A stretch of DNA of 64,000 nucleotides from assembly GCA_964016885.1 (NCBI GenBank), contig OZ024743.1, positions 200,198,001 to 200,262,000 of the forward strand, given 5' to 3'. Position 1 is the stretch's first letter, and each line of letters opens with the position of its first letter. Source of the stretch: Eledone cirrhosa (lineage: Eukaryota). Below are positions 14,411 to 28,853 of the stretch, in pieces. The notes under the pieces were generated by a model. The model saw only the letters and a list, made by a program, of their open reading frames with translations, searched no databases and had not been told where the DNA came from. Position numbers and translations under genes: made by a program.

Positions 14411-14717
14411 GAGGTAGAAATAGAAGATAAATAAAAACATAACGAGTAAGAAGAGGAAGGAACGGGAAAAAAATAGGAAAAAAAGGGGGGAAAAACACAC
14501 GTACGCATTCATCAGCCATTATATATATATATCTATGTGTGTGTGTGTGTGTGTGTGCAAACTTGCTCCTCTGATTATGCAGTTCGCTTCTGTGTTCATA
14601 CCCAATAATTTTATAGTTCTAAAAGAAATTGATGAAATACACAGTTAATAAAAACAACTATTAGAACAACTAAATCCGTTTATTGCGGTGCCCCAACATG
14701 TCCGCCCTAAAATAACT

Positions 14718-15030
14718 ACGTATGTATGTATGTATGTATGTATGTATGTATGTATGTATGTATGTATGTATGTATGTATGTATGTATGTATGTATGTATA
14801 TGTTCTTCTGGTTTCACAAATGTTTTCAAATACAGAGAGAGTCGGTTTCTAACATAGTTACAAGACTGTCTCATTGGAATTAACACAACATCAACTTGGT
14901 AGATATGTATGCATGTCTGCATGCATGCATGTGTAGATATGGATGTTATTGTATGAGTTGATGTGTATGTTTTGAGTCGTATGTGTGTATGTGTATATGC
15001 TTTGTATCTACACATGTGTATATGCAGTTA
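14718..15030 (-). mobile_element. 3' UTR fragment of the R4/Dong-like element with (TACA)n tail
   Basis: Reverse complement matches 53760-53860 (gagagagtcttgtatctatgttagaaaccgact). Confidence 0.7.
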
Positions 15031-15062
15031 TTAAATGCAATGTTTTACTTATTTTTACTACG

Positions 15063-15115
<53 letters not shown>

Positions 15116-15185
15116 ATAATAATAAATTTGAAGACTAAAATCCAAAGAGGGCTCGATAAGGATAAATATATATCAAATATATAAA

Positions 15186-15308
<123 letters not shown>

Positions 15309-15448
15309 GTGTTTATACGTACATGTTTGAAAATATTGTCACCTTAATATAGTTAATTATAATAAAAGTTGATCACTAAATAATATATATTCTTCACTCT
15401 CCAAGTTACTCTATATTTATCTGTTACACTTTCACCGCCTTTACATAC

Positions 15449-15540
15449 ATGTCTTCCTCCTTGGTGAAACGAAATGTTTTATCGTTAACATGTCCCGTTG
15501 CTGCCATTGTTGTTGAACTTAGATATGACAGCAACATATG
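15449..15540 (-). CDS. Putative internal exon of the same unidentified host gene
   Basis: gttttaag|[30 protein letters not shown]-at|gtatgt; 92 nt; the phase-2 end joins the 12335 exon to give ATG. Confidence 0.4.
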
Positions 15541-15698
15541 CTTAAAACAAACATGAATTTTTAAGCAGTTGATATTTCTGGGTCTCAGGGTACGTCTTTG
15601 TTTAACGATCATCGTGAAGTATATATTATACATACACACATACATATATATACATATATACATACATACATATATACATAAATATATACATATATACA

Positions 15699-15807
<109 letters not shown>

Positions 15808-15967
15808 TTGTGTGTGTGTGTATGTATGTATGTACGTTATATATATACACACATATATATATATGTGTGTGTGTATGTGTGTATGTGTGTGTGTATGCGT
15901 GTGTAAAAAGGTAAACAGAAATAACAACACAATCGGTACAGTATATGGAAGGGATTTATTAGGTTAA

Positions 15968-16005
<38 letters not shown>

Positions 16006-16375
16006 ATGTTTGTGTTTGTACGTATATATCTATATGTATGCATATAGACATATATGTGTTTATGCAAACATAGTCACACTCACAAACACACACGTCCAAA
16101 CAATTTCAAACACTTTCAGAATCTCTTTCAAACACAATATATGTGGATATATCTATATAAGTCCTAAGTCCATCATGGTGTGTAGCTGTTCCATGGATGT
16201 CTATGAGCTGGTAGGTAATTTCCCAGTCCCACACATCCAACAGTCCTCAATCGATCTCTTGATCTCCTGCTAGCTTCTCAAGAGAAACAAAAAAGTTTTG
16301 ATTGGTATTGAAAACCTGCTGATTATATAAATATCTGAAAAAGTTGCACACATACAATCATACATATATATTATA

Positions 16376-16440
<65 letters not shown>

Positions 16441-16471
16441 TATAAATATATACATAGACACACACACACAC

Positions 16472-16535
<64 letters not shown>

Positions 16536-16537
16536 AC

Positions 16538-16580
<43 letters not shown>

Positions 16581-17146
16581 TTTATTCAGTGTATATTGAG
16601 CACTTTTAAAGATGTTTGTGTAAATATTCCATTGCGTAGTCTATTAACCAGTTTGATGTTGTGTCGTACATATTTTGTGACGCATGTCGTCTTATTGTAG
16701 GTAGCGGTGTACTTATTCACTTGTTTATTATAGAGAAAGAAATGTGAGGAAGTTAACAGAACCCCCTATAACGTCTATAGACATTTTCACGATAATTGAT
16801 GAATACATAGAGTGTAATTAGTACACTGTTGAACGGAGATAGATATCCACCTATATTGGTCTCCTTCGTAATGTTTGCAGCTGAGATATTTCCTCGTTAA
16901 TTATTAGTAAATATTAGTAAATATGATTGATCGAGTGTATTTAATGGGCGTTTTTCTCATCTGGGTATCAACATTTCAAATAGTTTCCTTTTTTTATTTT
17001 GGTTTTTTTTTTCCATTTTTTAAACTAATTGTTTTTTTTTCCTTTTTTATGAGAAGATGACTGAGATTGTCTCTAATATATGTAAGTATGATATACAGAC
17101 CTTGTATCCTTGAGAAAGAGGCTTCATTTCAGATTACTGCCATCCT

Positions 17147-17419
17147 CCGGGGAACGCCTTCTCCATTCTGTCCGCCGGGGCTGTGGGGAGGCCAGCACGT
17201 GGGACCCCATTTGCTCACCATACGAAGAGATGGGGAGGGCGAGAGAGATGGAGGCGATGACAGTGGGAGTTCGGCTCTTCCACGTTCGGACCACATCCTT
17301 GTGGTTGTGTTCATCAAGTCCTAGTGCAGTAATGAACTCTTATTAGTTGTAGTCATCTTCATGCTCTCATACATATTCGTAAATAAATTGTTAGATAGAT
17401 CGGTAAATAGAGCGAGAGG

Positions 17420-17494
<75 letters not shown>

Positions 17495-17528
17495 CACACA
17501 CACGCACACACACACACACACACACACC

Positions 17529-17587
<59 letters not shown>

Positions 17588-17860
17588 ACATCTTAGGACT
17601 TATACCTTTCTACTGTCTTACCGATACCGAACAAACTAATCTGTTGCTGAGGCCATCTCCCGTTTCTTCAGACTAGGATGAGATGGAGACAGCTTTAGTA
17701 ATTCGTGTCAGAAAGGAGCATTAACACTTCCGGGAAACGCCTTCCCCATTCTGCCCGCCGGGGCTGTGTGGAGGCCAGCACGTGAGACCCCATTTGCTCC
17801 CCATACGGCGAGATGGGGAGGGCCAGAGAGATGGAAGCGATGACAGTGGGAGTTCGGCTG
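17147..17860 (+). repeat. Two copies (about 17147-17280 and 17729-17860) of an unclassified GC-rich repeat of about 135 bp
   Basis: High pairwise similarity; a diverged third copy at about 8540-8600 plus 8915-8965 is split by a SINE. Confidence 0.75.
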
Positions 17861-18896
17861 TTCTTTCATGTTTGCCTAGGTTACAATTGCATTGTGATAG
17901 AAGTTGTGATAATCCCTAGAATAAGAAGGGAAAAAATGAAGACTAATTACTCACTCCTCTCTATTTCAGTCATCCTCAATCACACGCACGCATAGACAGA
18001 TACATATTTGTCTTTCTTAGACACTTCCTTAGGAAGTTTGACAACAGTTTTTACCATTGAGAAAAACAGCAGTTGGTGAAATAAACCATCCATTCTATTG
18101 TGTTGATTCTCGAATTGAGATTTTTGTTTTTCTGTCGTTATATTAACAATCTATTCGATCATTACATTTTTGTCTTTCAGTAGTATCAACAGTACATTAA
18201 AAACATTTTTAAAAAAACGTTAATGAAGTATCCTGCTATGTATACAGGAATAGCAGGAGTCGAACTGGGACCATCTATGAGACCACAGGGATTGATAAAA
18301 TAATTTCTCTGATCTCCCACTTTGATGTCTAGAAAAGGGAACAACAAATGAAGATATTTATATATTTCGACTAGAAGAATAAGTGAGATGATTACAGCTG
18401 GGAGGTTCTGAACATGGGTCGGCTCCATTATGAGACTATACAACAACAGTGGTGACATCCAGAGTAGACCGCTATACAATAAACTAACTAAAATGGCACT
18501 AAATTTGTGCAATATAGTATTTTGTTTTCTCAGTGATCCTGGGAAATCTTATTCAATCGGAATTGGTCCAAATATAGGATAAATATTTAAGCCTCCAATA
18601 GGAACGAATTATAAAAATTAGTACACACACACACTCTTTGGATATATATAGATATATATATCTTTTGTGTCGGCCTGACCTGCTATATATATATACGGGT
18701 GTTTGAATATGTATATACTTATTTACACTCATTATATATATATATATATATATACATACACACACACACATATATATATATATTTATATATATATACATA
18801 CACGCACACACACACACATATATATATATTTATATATATATACATACACGCACACACACACATATATATATATTTATATATATATATATACACACA

Positions 18897-18932
<36 letters not shown>

Positions 18933-19571
18933 TTCCATTTGTTCCATTTGTTAATATATTGTATATATATATAAACAGTGTCAGTGGTGTCATATTTTGG
19001 GTTATGTACAATAATCCTTCAAACAAAGAAAACTTTAGTAAATACGTAAGAGAAAACGACGAACTAAAAAAGCGTGAGATAAAATAAGTGACAGCTAGTG
19101 TTTCATAAACTGTTTCATAAGATCGCATGGGAATGGTTGAGACGTCATTCATTATATCAATGACTACGTGATGGATATCATTGCTTGGAGCATTGATAGT
19201 ATACTGGAGTTTAAGCTACTTCACGACGGGAGATACGGTAATTTGACCAATAAATTAAGCTAAATATTTGTGTCGAGCCACGCCGTGTGGTGTCACCGCT
19301 GCGGTTCCAATTATGTAATTTGTGGCTCCTATCCTCCTTTGTGTACTTATATTTCGCTAGTGTATATTTTAGCATAGCTTTTTTTATATTTCGTATATTT
19401 TGCGGCATGAAATGCTATGTTGTTTTTTTGTTTTTTTTCTTGTTGACTTTTTATGATAGAATCTCTCTATTCTTATACATTTGAGCGTTTTATTTTCTTA
19501 TACGTTTGTTTATAATCATATATATATATATATATACACATATATGTGTGTGTGTGCATGGTAAATCCCGT

Positions 19572-19647
<76 letters not shown>

Positions 19648-19766
19648 CACACATATGTATATAACTGCACACACACACACACACACATACACATATATAT
19701 ATATTTATATATATATATATATATAAATACACACATATGTATATAAATGCACACACACACACACAT

Positions 19767-19835
<69 letters not shown>

Positions 19836-19873
19836 CATACATATACACACACACACAGATATATATATAAATA

Positions 19874-22754
19874 TCATCATCATCATCACCATCAACGTTT
19901 AACGTCCGTGTTTCCACGCTTGCATGGGTTTGGACGGGGGTTTTCCCACTTGAGGCAAGAGTGATTATCTTGCTCGCATAGGACTATCTGACGGGTTTTC
20001 TACAGCTGGATGCCCTTCCTAACACCAACCACATTTACAGTGAGGGGCTGGGAGGTTTTTACCGTGTTGCCTACACGGCCACATTACAGCGTGAACTGTG
20101 TGTTTTTTTGTCGTGACACCTACACGATCTCATTTGTTTCGGCCTGGATGTTGTGGCACCAACATAACTTTACATTGAAAGGGGCGGTGTGGATGGGGTG
20201 GGGGTGGTTGGACGGGGGGTGTATTTTGTTAGAGATGCCTACTGACTGTAGTAGGTTTTACTTTGTATTTAGGTAAGGCGGGTCTTCTCTATTACTGAGT
20301 ACCGCCAAAGGTCTCGGTCCAGTGACATTGTCTTGGAGAGGTGTAAGCGTGTGAGGTCAGAATTTATCAGCTCGTCCCAGGTTTTTCTGGGTCTGCCTAT
20401 TCCGTGTCTACCGTCTATCTTTATTGCCCTGCACTTTGTTATACAGCTATCGTCTTTCATGCGCATCACGTGACCATACCAACGTAGCCTTCTCTCGAGT
20501 AAACAACATCTGATCCCTCTTATTTCTAATTTTTTCCTTAGTTCGTTTATGCTTTGCCGTTCACGTATATTACTATTACACATCCAGCGGAGCATGCAAG
20601 CTTCGTTCCTCTCTAGTCTGCGTATTTCCTCTGCACACAATGCCCAGGTCTCACTGCCATGCAACATTGCTGTTCGTATGCAGGCATCATACAACCTGCC
20701 TTTCATTTTTAGGGAGAACCCTTTAGCGGCTAATAGTGGTATAAGCTCTCTGAACTTTTTCCATCCAGTTCTGACTCTAGCTACTGTACTTTCAGAGCAC
20801 CCTCCCCCACTGCTGATTTTGTCACCCAGGTAACGGAAGCTGTCCACTATTTCTATAGAACCCTCTGCGCAGTTGAAAGAGCTAGTATTCTGTGAGCACT
20901 TGCTGCTACTTATTGCACCAGAGCACCGGCCACATGTAAAATCTATGTTCTTAGTTAGCTTACCTGTGATCCCACTACATCTTTTATGCACCCATACTTT
21001 GCATTTGGGACACAAAATGGAGTTTCTGCCTACGCCTTTCCTACAAACTGAGCATGGCCACTTCCCGGAAGGGACCGCCGCCTTATTTTCTTTCTTACAA
21101 ACTAGAACTTTAGTCTTAGCCAGGTTAATTTTAAGGCCTTTTGATTCTAGGCCGTGCTTCCATGTTTGGAATTTCTTCTCTAGCTCGGCCATTGATTCAG
21201 CTATGAGTGTTAGGTCATCTGCGTATAGGAGTTCCCATGGGCAACCGGTCTTGAACTCCTCTGTTATAGCCTGAAGGGCAATAATAAATAGTAGGGGGCT
21301 GAGAACAGAGCCCTGATGGACGCCAACTTTTATGCTAAACTCTTCACTATATTCGTTGTTAATTCTAACCTTGCTGACTGTTTCTTTATACATGTATAGC
21401 TCTCACAAGCCATTCGTCAACACCTAGTTTTCTAAGAGCCCACCAGATAATGAAACGGGGGAATCTGTCGAAGGCTTTCTCCAAGTCGACAAAAGCTAAG
21501 TATAGGGGTTTACTTTTAGTTAGGTACTTCTCCTGTAGTTGTCGTACAATGAAAAGAGCGTCTGTGGTACTTTTGCCTGACACAAACCCGAACTGCATTT
21601 CATCTAGATCAATTCTCTCTCTGATTAGTTGCGCTATTACTTTTTCCGTGACCTTCATGACCTGGTCGATTAATTTAATGCCTCTATAGTTACTCCTATC
21701 TAGGGCATCTCCTTTACCCTTATAACAGTTAACGATGATGCTGCTACGCCAGTCGTTCGGAACAACCCCATTCTGTACGACTTGGTTAACTATCCAGGTG
21801 ACCATGGTGTGTCCCACCGTACCAGATGCCTTCAGCATCTCGGCAACTATTTCCGAAGGCCCAGCCGCCTTACCCGTCTTCATATCTTTGATTGCCTTAC
21901 TTATTATACTACCCTCGACTAACACTGCTGGTCCCTCTATTGGGTCGATGTGGGGGAGACTGTCTTTCTCCCATTTATTCTCCTCATTTAGTAGCCTTTC
22001 ATAGTGACACTTCCAAGCTACCTTCTTATCAGCGTCGGGGATGGCAAGTACGCCGTTATCATTAAGTACACACTTCTCCCCGACAATATCACGGTTTTCC
22101 TTGACACATTGCCTAGCAATCCTGAACACTTCACGTTTTTTGGTCCTCGCGTTGTAGCACATGCTTGAACTTTCTTTCCTCTGCTTCCCTTCTTGCGAAG
22201 TACACTCGTCTCCTAGCTTCCCTCCTGGCCACTTGATAGTCTTCTCTGCTTCCCCCATCCCGCCATACTTTCCAAGCCTGCTTTTTGGCCTTAATTTCCC
22301 CCTCCACCTTACTGTTTCACCACCATGTTACTCTCCTCCTGCCTACAGGCCTGCTCCAGCCACAGACTTCGTCTGCCGCCATCAGCAGGTTTGCTTTCAG
22401 GAATTCCCACTGCTCCTCTATATTGTACGACTCTAATTGCTCTTCCTTACTGTCGAAAGCATCAAGTAGTATACTTTTGAATTTATTTCTGGCTGTGGGG
22501 TCCTTTAGCTTCCATATTTTTCTCCTGAGGATAGTCCTCTTCTGTTGTCTAGTACGTCTCGTCCTGACTATTAGGTCGCTAATTATCAGTCTATGTTGGG
22601 AGGTGCATTCTTCATGGGGGAGGGATTTAGTGTTTACAACAGACACTCTGTCACGTCTTCTGGTAAGGATATAATCTACCTGGCTTGTGTGTTCCCCCGA
22701 TCTATAGGTGATCAGGTGATTGTCACGTTTTTTTAAGTTAGTGTTACAGATAGT

Positions 22755-22755
<1 letters not shown>
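19874..22755 (-). mobile_element. RTE-clade LINE, 5'-truncated, with 3' UTR and (GAT)n tail
   Basis: AP endonuclease C-terminus (SQVDYIL), RT (FVDLEKAFD, GVHQGSVLSP, LLYADD) and RTE-type C-terminus (RRLRWYGHVMR, GRPRKTW). Confidence 0.92.
20269..22750 (-). pseudogene. RTE endonuclease/reverse transcriptase (frameshifted) with a Cys/His finger after the RT
   Basis: ORFs 22317..22940, 21386..22258 and 20269..21393. Confidence 0.9.
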
Positions 22756-22828
<73 letters not shown>

Positions 22829-22837
22829 CATAGATAT

Positions 22838-22874
<37 letters not shown>

Positions 22875-22904
22875 AATAAATATATATATATAAATATATA
22901 TATA

Positions 22905-23561
22905 CAGTGAATCTTCGCTTATCCGGACGGTCAAAACCAAACAGTTAGAAAAAGATCCGGTTAAGTGAAATATCCGGGTAAGTGAATTCTAAAATCCCAT
23001 TGTTACATAATGCTCGTGGTTTCTAATGTTTTGGCTTCTAAATAAAAGACAAATACTAAGTAAAGGAAGTTTATTAGAATAACAAAAGAACAGCTAGAAT
23101 TTATAAGAAAATTAATTAAACAAACATAAGAATAACTAAAAACTTGGTAAAACTGATTTGAGTCAAACCATAAAAAGTTAGTACTTTTATAAAAATGAAT
23201 AAATAGAAGATTGTTTTCGCGCAGAAGCTCGTCGTTCCGCTACCATTTCCCGCTACCATTTCCACGCAACAGCTGAAAAGTCAACCACCTCCCTCATGTT
23301 TATTGCACGTAAACATGGAATCATTCCCGTGTCCCCTTTTCCGATCAAATCCCGCAGCAATTGTTTTCTGTAAATCCGCTTTAGTCTCTCCAAAACTCCC
23401 TGGTCCATTGGCTGAATAAGTGACGTAACGTCCGCCGGAAGAAATGCTGCCCGAATCTGTCCGTCTGCCGAAATCAAGTCCTCCTCATCCGGTGGTAGTA
23501 TAGAAATAGCCGTCCGGTAAATCGAATTTCGGAAAAGCGATATCCGGATAAGCGAAGATGC

Positions 23562-23565
<4 letters not shown>
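22905..23565 (-). mobile_element. Internally deleted Tigger/pogo-like DNA transposon
   Basis: TIRs cagtgaatcttcgcttatccgga / tccggataagcgaagatgcgatg with TA flanks; DDE_1-type peptide FLPADVTSLIQPMDQGV at 23253..23477. Confidence 0.85.
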
Positions 23566-23602
<37 letters not shown>

Positions 23603-23604
<2 letters not shown>

Positions 23605-23727
23605 AAGGCGGGTAAAACTCCCGAGATCCATGGACGAGTTCTCTCCAGCGGTCTCTGTCCCTCATTATCACTGCCATGTCCTGCATCTCCAACAGACCAG
23701 TCTCTGTCCTTAGGGCATCAACATACG
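23603..23727 (-). mobile_element. 3'-terminal ORF fragment of another RTE-like LINE
   Basis: [12 protein letters not shown]...[11 protein letters not shown] is a typical RTE ORF end. Confidence 0.6.
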
Positions 23728-23728
23728 T

Positions 23729-23760
<32 letters not shown>

Positions 23761-23779
23761 CATATATACATATATATAC

Positions 23780-23818
<39 letters not shown>

Positions 23819-23895
23819 CATATATATACATATATATACATGTATATATATACATATATATATATACATATATATATATACATATATATATATAC

Positions 23896-23952
<57 letters not shown>

Positions 23953-23982
23953 CATATATATATATACATATATATATATATA

Positions 23983-24122
<140 letters not shown>

Positions 24123-24169
24123 CATATATATATATACATATATATACATATATATACATATATATATAC

Positions 24170-24200
<31 letters not shown>

Positions 24201-24291
24201 CATATATATATATACATATATACATATATATATATATACATATATACATATATACATATATATATACATATATATATATACATATATATAC

Positions 24292-24377
<86 letters not shown>

Positions 24378-24773
24378 TATTACGTCGATCATCAGAACAC
24401 CACCTCTTTTTTATCTGTACCCTATTTTTGGCAGGTGTCAATATTCAAATTACTGTTTCTACTCCGCCCCCACAACTGACATCATACAGATTAGATAATC
24501 TCTATTTACGTCAACATTTACAGACGACAGTCTGACTAGTTACCCACACCATCTTCCCTAAATTTTCTTTTAAACTCTTGAAATCTAGAGTTGTATCCGA
24601 CATATAACGGTTAATTTTTGGAGTATACATGTCATTGAAACCTTTGTCCTTGTAACACATTTGCATAAAATATAACCAAATATATGAATAGAAATAAATA
24701 AATGTATAAATATATGTAAAAATAAAGCCAGCAATGGCAGTTAAATATACAAAGACATACATGAAGAATCGAA

Positions 24774-24803
<30 letters not shown>

Positions 24804-24804
<1 letters not shown>

Positions 24805-25039
24805 TATTAAAATAACAGATTAAAGTTTAAGCAAAGAATCGCTGCTTTCACCCTTAACGGGATCTTCCGAAACTCAGTTTCACCCTTAACGGGATCTTCT
24901 GCAGATCCTGTTAAGGGTGAAAGCAGCGATTAATTGCTTAAACTTTAATCTGTTGTTTTAATAAATATTTGCTCTAGGGTTCTTATATAGTTGATATATA
25001 TGTATCGTAATCGAGCCATCTTTGGAAGTTAGTCTTCAA

Positions 25040-25050
<11 letters not shown>
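24804..25050 (+). mobile_element. Fold-back insertion with tail (family C)
   Basis: Arms about 24804-24863 and 24904-24965 are inverted; the tail end is present alone, inverted, at about 15120-15180. Confidence 0.7.
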
Positions 25051-25079
<29 letters not shown>

Positions 25080-25368
25080 AATAATAATAATAATGATTTC
25101 ATTTATTGGCCACAAGGGCCGACATATAGGGGACAATACAAAAGGCTGGGACAGTGGGGTTTTACAGAAAAATCGAGTAAACAATATGAATAACAATAAC
25201 AAAGTAACAATAACACAGTAACAATATAGTAACAATAAAATTACAAGAAGAAAAAATTCCCCATGATGACCACCTAGGGTTCGCTCAGGTACCCCACCAG
25301 TCCTGAACGACCCGACGCTTCGAGAGCACCCTGGAAGGGCACCCCTTCTCCTCCTCAAATTTACCTAC

Positions 25369-28300
25369 CTACAGCCGCATGACGAGAGTAGGCCCACTCA
25401 GACGGGCCATTCTCGCCACATTCACCCACCTTTCAGAAAATGTACTGGGGGGCAGCACTTCTCTCTCCACCCTCACCTTCCTTTCTAAGTGAAACTTGAA
25501 AAACTTGATGAGGGATTGGCCAAAGAGAAAAGTGGCTGTCTTCAGTCCTTTCAATCTCGTCCACCATACAACCTCTTTCGCTACTGCCGCCAGACAGAGG
25601 AAAATTGCCTGCCCTTCCTGGCCAAAAGAAGGCGGCGGGTCGATCTTCACTATGGACTCGGCCGATAGCCGGATCCGTTCTACACGCGACAACAACTGTT
25701 CAACATAACTCCACAAGTCAGTAATGCACGGACACTGGACGAGTGCGTGCAGAACGGTTTCGTCGCTCTGCGCGCATCTCGAGCAGGTCCGTCTGACAGC
25801 ACTTCCGTGCCTGTAGAGTTTATCTCGAACTGGCAGTGCCCTCCGGTAGCACTGCCAAGCGAGGGATTTTTTGAAATTATCCATCGTTCCCGGCTCGAAA
25901 GTCCTCCGGTACAGACTGGTTAGTTCGACTTCGGTGACTCCCAGAGCCTCTCCGAGTGCACTTGCCCACCACTAATCCTCTATAGAACTCGAGAGTGGAA
26001 GTTCCACTGACCGCATTGCTCGCCTGGCAGAGGGCAGTGAGTGCCTGGCAACATTCCAGATGCCAGTCACCCAGTCTCGGTCTCTTCTTCGCTCAGGACT
26101 GCAGCTCAGTCAAAGAAACGAGCTGCGGAAAGGCCCGTCTGACAAATGGCGACTACACCTGTTCACCGTTTAGGCAGAATAAGCTGGAGATGCCGCAGCC
26201 TCAGCGTGTGCCTGTGGATCATTAGCCACGGCATGCCCAGCCCTCCACGTAGAGGGTGCTGGCAGCACATGGACCGCCTCACCAGCGGAACCTGACCCCT
26301 CCACAAGAATTTGAAGAGGAGCCGCTCCAAGATGGCGAGGCGCGAACGGGGGCAAGGGACGACGGTCAGACGGTAGTAGATGACGGACGCGATGAACGCG
26401 TTCACCACCTCCCCCCGACCTTTCAGTGATAGCTTCATCCCAGCCCATTTCTGGGTGAGACTGGCTACCCTGCCCGTCACCTCGTCCCAATTCTTATGCA
26501 CCTGGAGGTCTGGCCTTAACCAAACCCCTAGCAACTTTAGCGGTCCGTCCGTCCGTCCAGCGCGTAACGACGCTCTTGGACGGCATGGACATGCCTCTCA
26601 AGGTGCAGAGTTGCAAGCCCACCGACTTTTCCGGGTTAAGTTTTGCTCCCGTCAACCTTTCATATTCCTCCAATAAGTTGCCGACCACCTCGATTTCTGA
26701 GGTGTCCGACACCATCACGGTGATGTCGTCCGCATAAGCCGACACAGCCTTTCCGCGTCCTGGTTCGAGCGGGATGCCCTGCAACAGCTCCAGCTTCCGC
26801 AGTAAAGGCTCGAGAGTCAATACGTACAGAAGGGAGGAGAGCGGGCACCCTTGACGGACCGATCGGGAGACCTGAAACGGTTCCGAGAGGTGGCCATTAA
26901 TTTTGACCATCGAGCAGGTGCCGCTGTGCATTGCAGCGATCCAGCTTCTGAAGACGGGGCCGAAGCCAGCCCCCTTGAGGACAGCCTCCAGGTACCGATG
27001 GTCGACCCTATCGAATGCTTTCGATTGATCTAAATTGATCAGAGCCCCACTGAATCCAGGTTTACACCCTACCCTCTCTATGATGTATCGCATTAGGTGG
27101 AGGTTGTCGTGTATGGACCTGGTTGGGATTGCGCAAGTTTGCGCCTTCCCAACCAAATCCCCGACGACAAGCGCCAACCTATTCGCTAACACCCTGGCCA
27201 AAATCTTAAACTCTGTGTTGAGCAGAGTTATGGGCCTGAAATTTTCTAATGTGTCCCTCTTGTTCTCGTCTTTCCTTATCAGCGTCACTACGCCCCGGCT
27301 CACAGAACTGGGAATACTCCTGTTTTGCTGCCAGTTGCAGTAGAGGGCTTCGATGAGATTGGAGAACAAGTCTGGCATATTTACGTAAAGCTCGTAGGGC
27401 AGACCATCCAAACAGGGTGACTTGCGCCTCATGCAGCCGACAAGGGCATCCTGAATCTCGGCTGAAGTAATTGGCCTTTCGCCGGACCCAGCGTCAGCCG
27501 TCGAGAGTTGCGGCAAGCCATCGAGGTAGGGACTGAATTCCGCCACCATCTCTGACCCGCCACTTCCCCCGAACAACCGTGGAATCGCTCAGCTCGTGCC
27601 CGTCTCGGTCCGTCAAAGACCGAATCGTGGTTTTATTACCACGCTACGCCTCTGCCACGCGGGCCCATCGAACAGCTTTGGTTGCCTCGTTTCTCAGAGC
27701 ACGCGCCTTAGCTCTGACAATGCAACCTTCGTGTTTCGCATTGAAGAAATGGTCTAATGCCATTCTCGCCGCTAGCACATCAGTTGCAATGTCACTACCA
27801 ATAGCCTCGTCTAACTTATCTACCAACTCCCCTCCTTTCTAATTTTCTCTAATGCTACTTCTTTGCTAAACTCTATCGACATTACTCTAATTTCTCTTTT
27901 GAGAGCCCCCACCATCTATTGTTGACGATTGCCCCTGTCAACTTTTTCTTAGCTAAATTGTTGACCTGGTCCCTGTAAGCCTTACGTGCCGTAAATGACA
28001 TGTAAATGACCTACGCGTCTTATCTAGGTCGACCATACAGATCACAAACTTGTGATCTGAATAGGCGACCGTTTCAAACGTTGACAGCTTACACTATTTC
28101 TGTCTATTTTCCTAATGAATATCCGGTCTATATACGATCTAGATGACGCTATGCGGTTAGCCCTGTACCACACTGGCACATTAGGGAAATCTAGTCGGTA
28201 CCTGTCAGACAGTTGGAAGTGGCTGATCTGGTACTTGAGGCGTTTGCACCCCACCCCCCGCTCCTAACGGATACTCCCACACAGTCCCAGCGTGCGTCTA

Positions 28301-28735
28301 AGGTGCCGTTCCAGTCCCCCGCTAACAGTAAAGGGCGAGACGTACCCAGAAAGGCTTCCAAGCGTCTAAAGAAGTCCGGCCGTCCTGCCCCAGTAGGAGC
28401 ATAGACGTCCACCAGACTAAAGGAACCACCTTCGTTATTGTTCACGTCCAAGACCACCAACTTTCCGTCCGGGTCCCGGAAGATCGACCTCACCTTGAGA
28501 TCCAGGCCTTTCCCAAACAACATGCCACCACGCCTCCCATTCCCGGCCGGCTAACAGATGGTAAGATCTGATAGTCGTCGAAAATAGTGGCTAGGGCGCG
28601 CGTGTCGGAAATCCTGGTCTCGCTGACGGCAATTACATCCATTTTTAAAGACCTGAGGTCGTTAAGCAGGTGACCCTGCTTCCAGGACGATCCCAGGCCT
28701 CGAACATTTAAACATCCTACTCTTAATACGGCCAT
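25369..28735 (-). pseudogene. L1/Tx1 ORF2 (AP endonuclease, RT, zinc finger), multiple frameshifts
   Basis: GCLNVRGL, AGDWN, SYIDRIF, NFRPITLLN, DQSKAFDRV, RQGCPLS, AYADD and CSRC..ETVLHALVQC. Confidence 0.92.
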
Positions 28736-28853
28736 GTTGACAGGTTAAAAAGAGAGAGAGGAAGGTTTACTTACCTTCCGGGCTCTTGTGAAGGTCGGGT
28801 TGTTCGACCTCCATAGTTGGTGGGGTTTCTTTTGGGAACCCTTTTAAAAGTCT

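Noticed and set aside
16160-16335. Exon-like segment on the minus strand
   Set aside because: Short with a stop; the peptide looks more like a decayed non-LTR retrotransposon fragment.
17101-17127. LSQGYKH junction peptide as a phospholipase C C2-domain motif
   Set aside because: There is an in-frame stop just upstream and no other PLC exons were found; the resemblance is too short.
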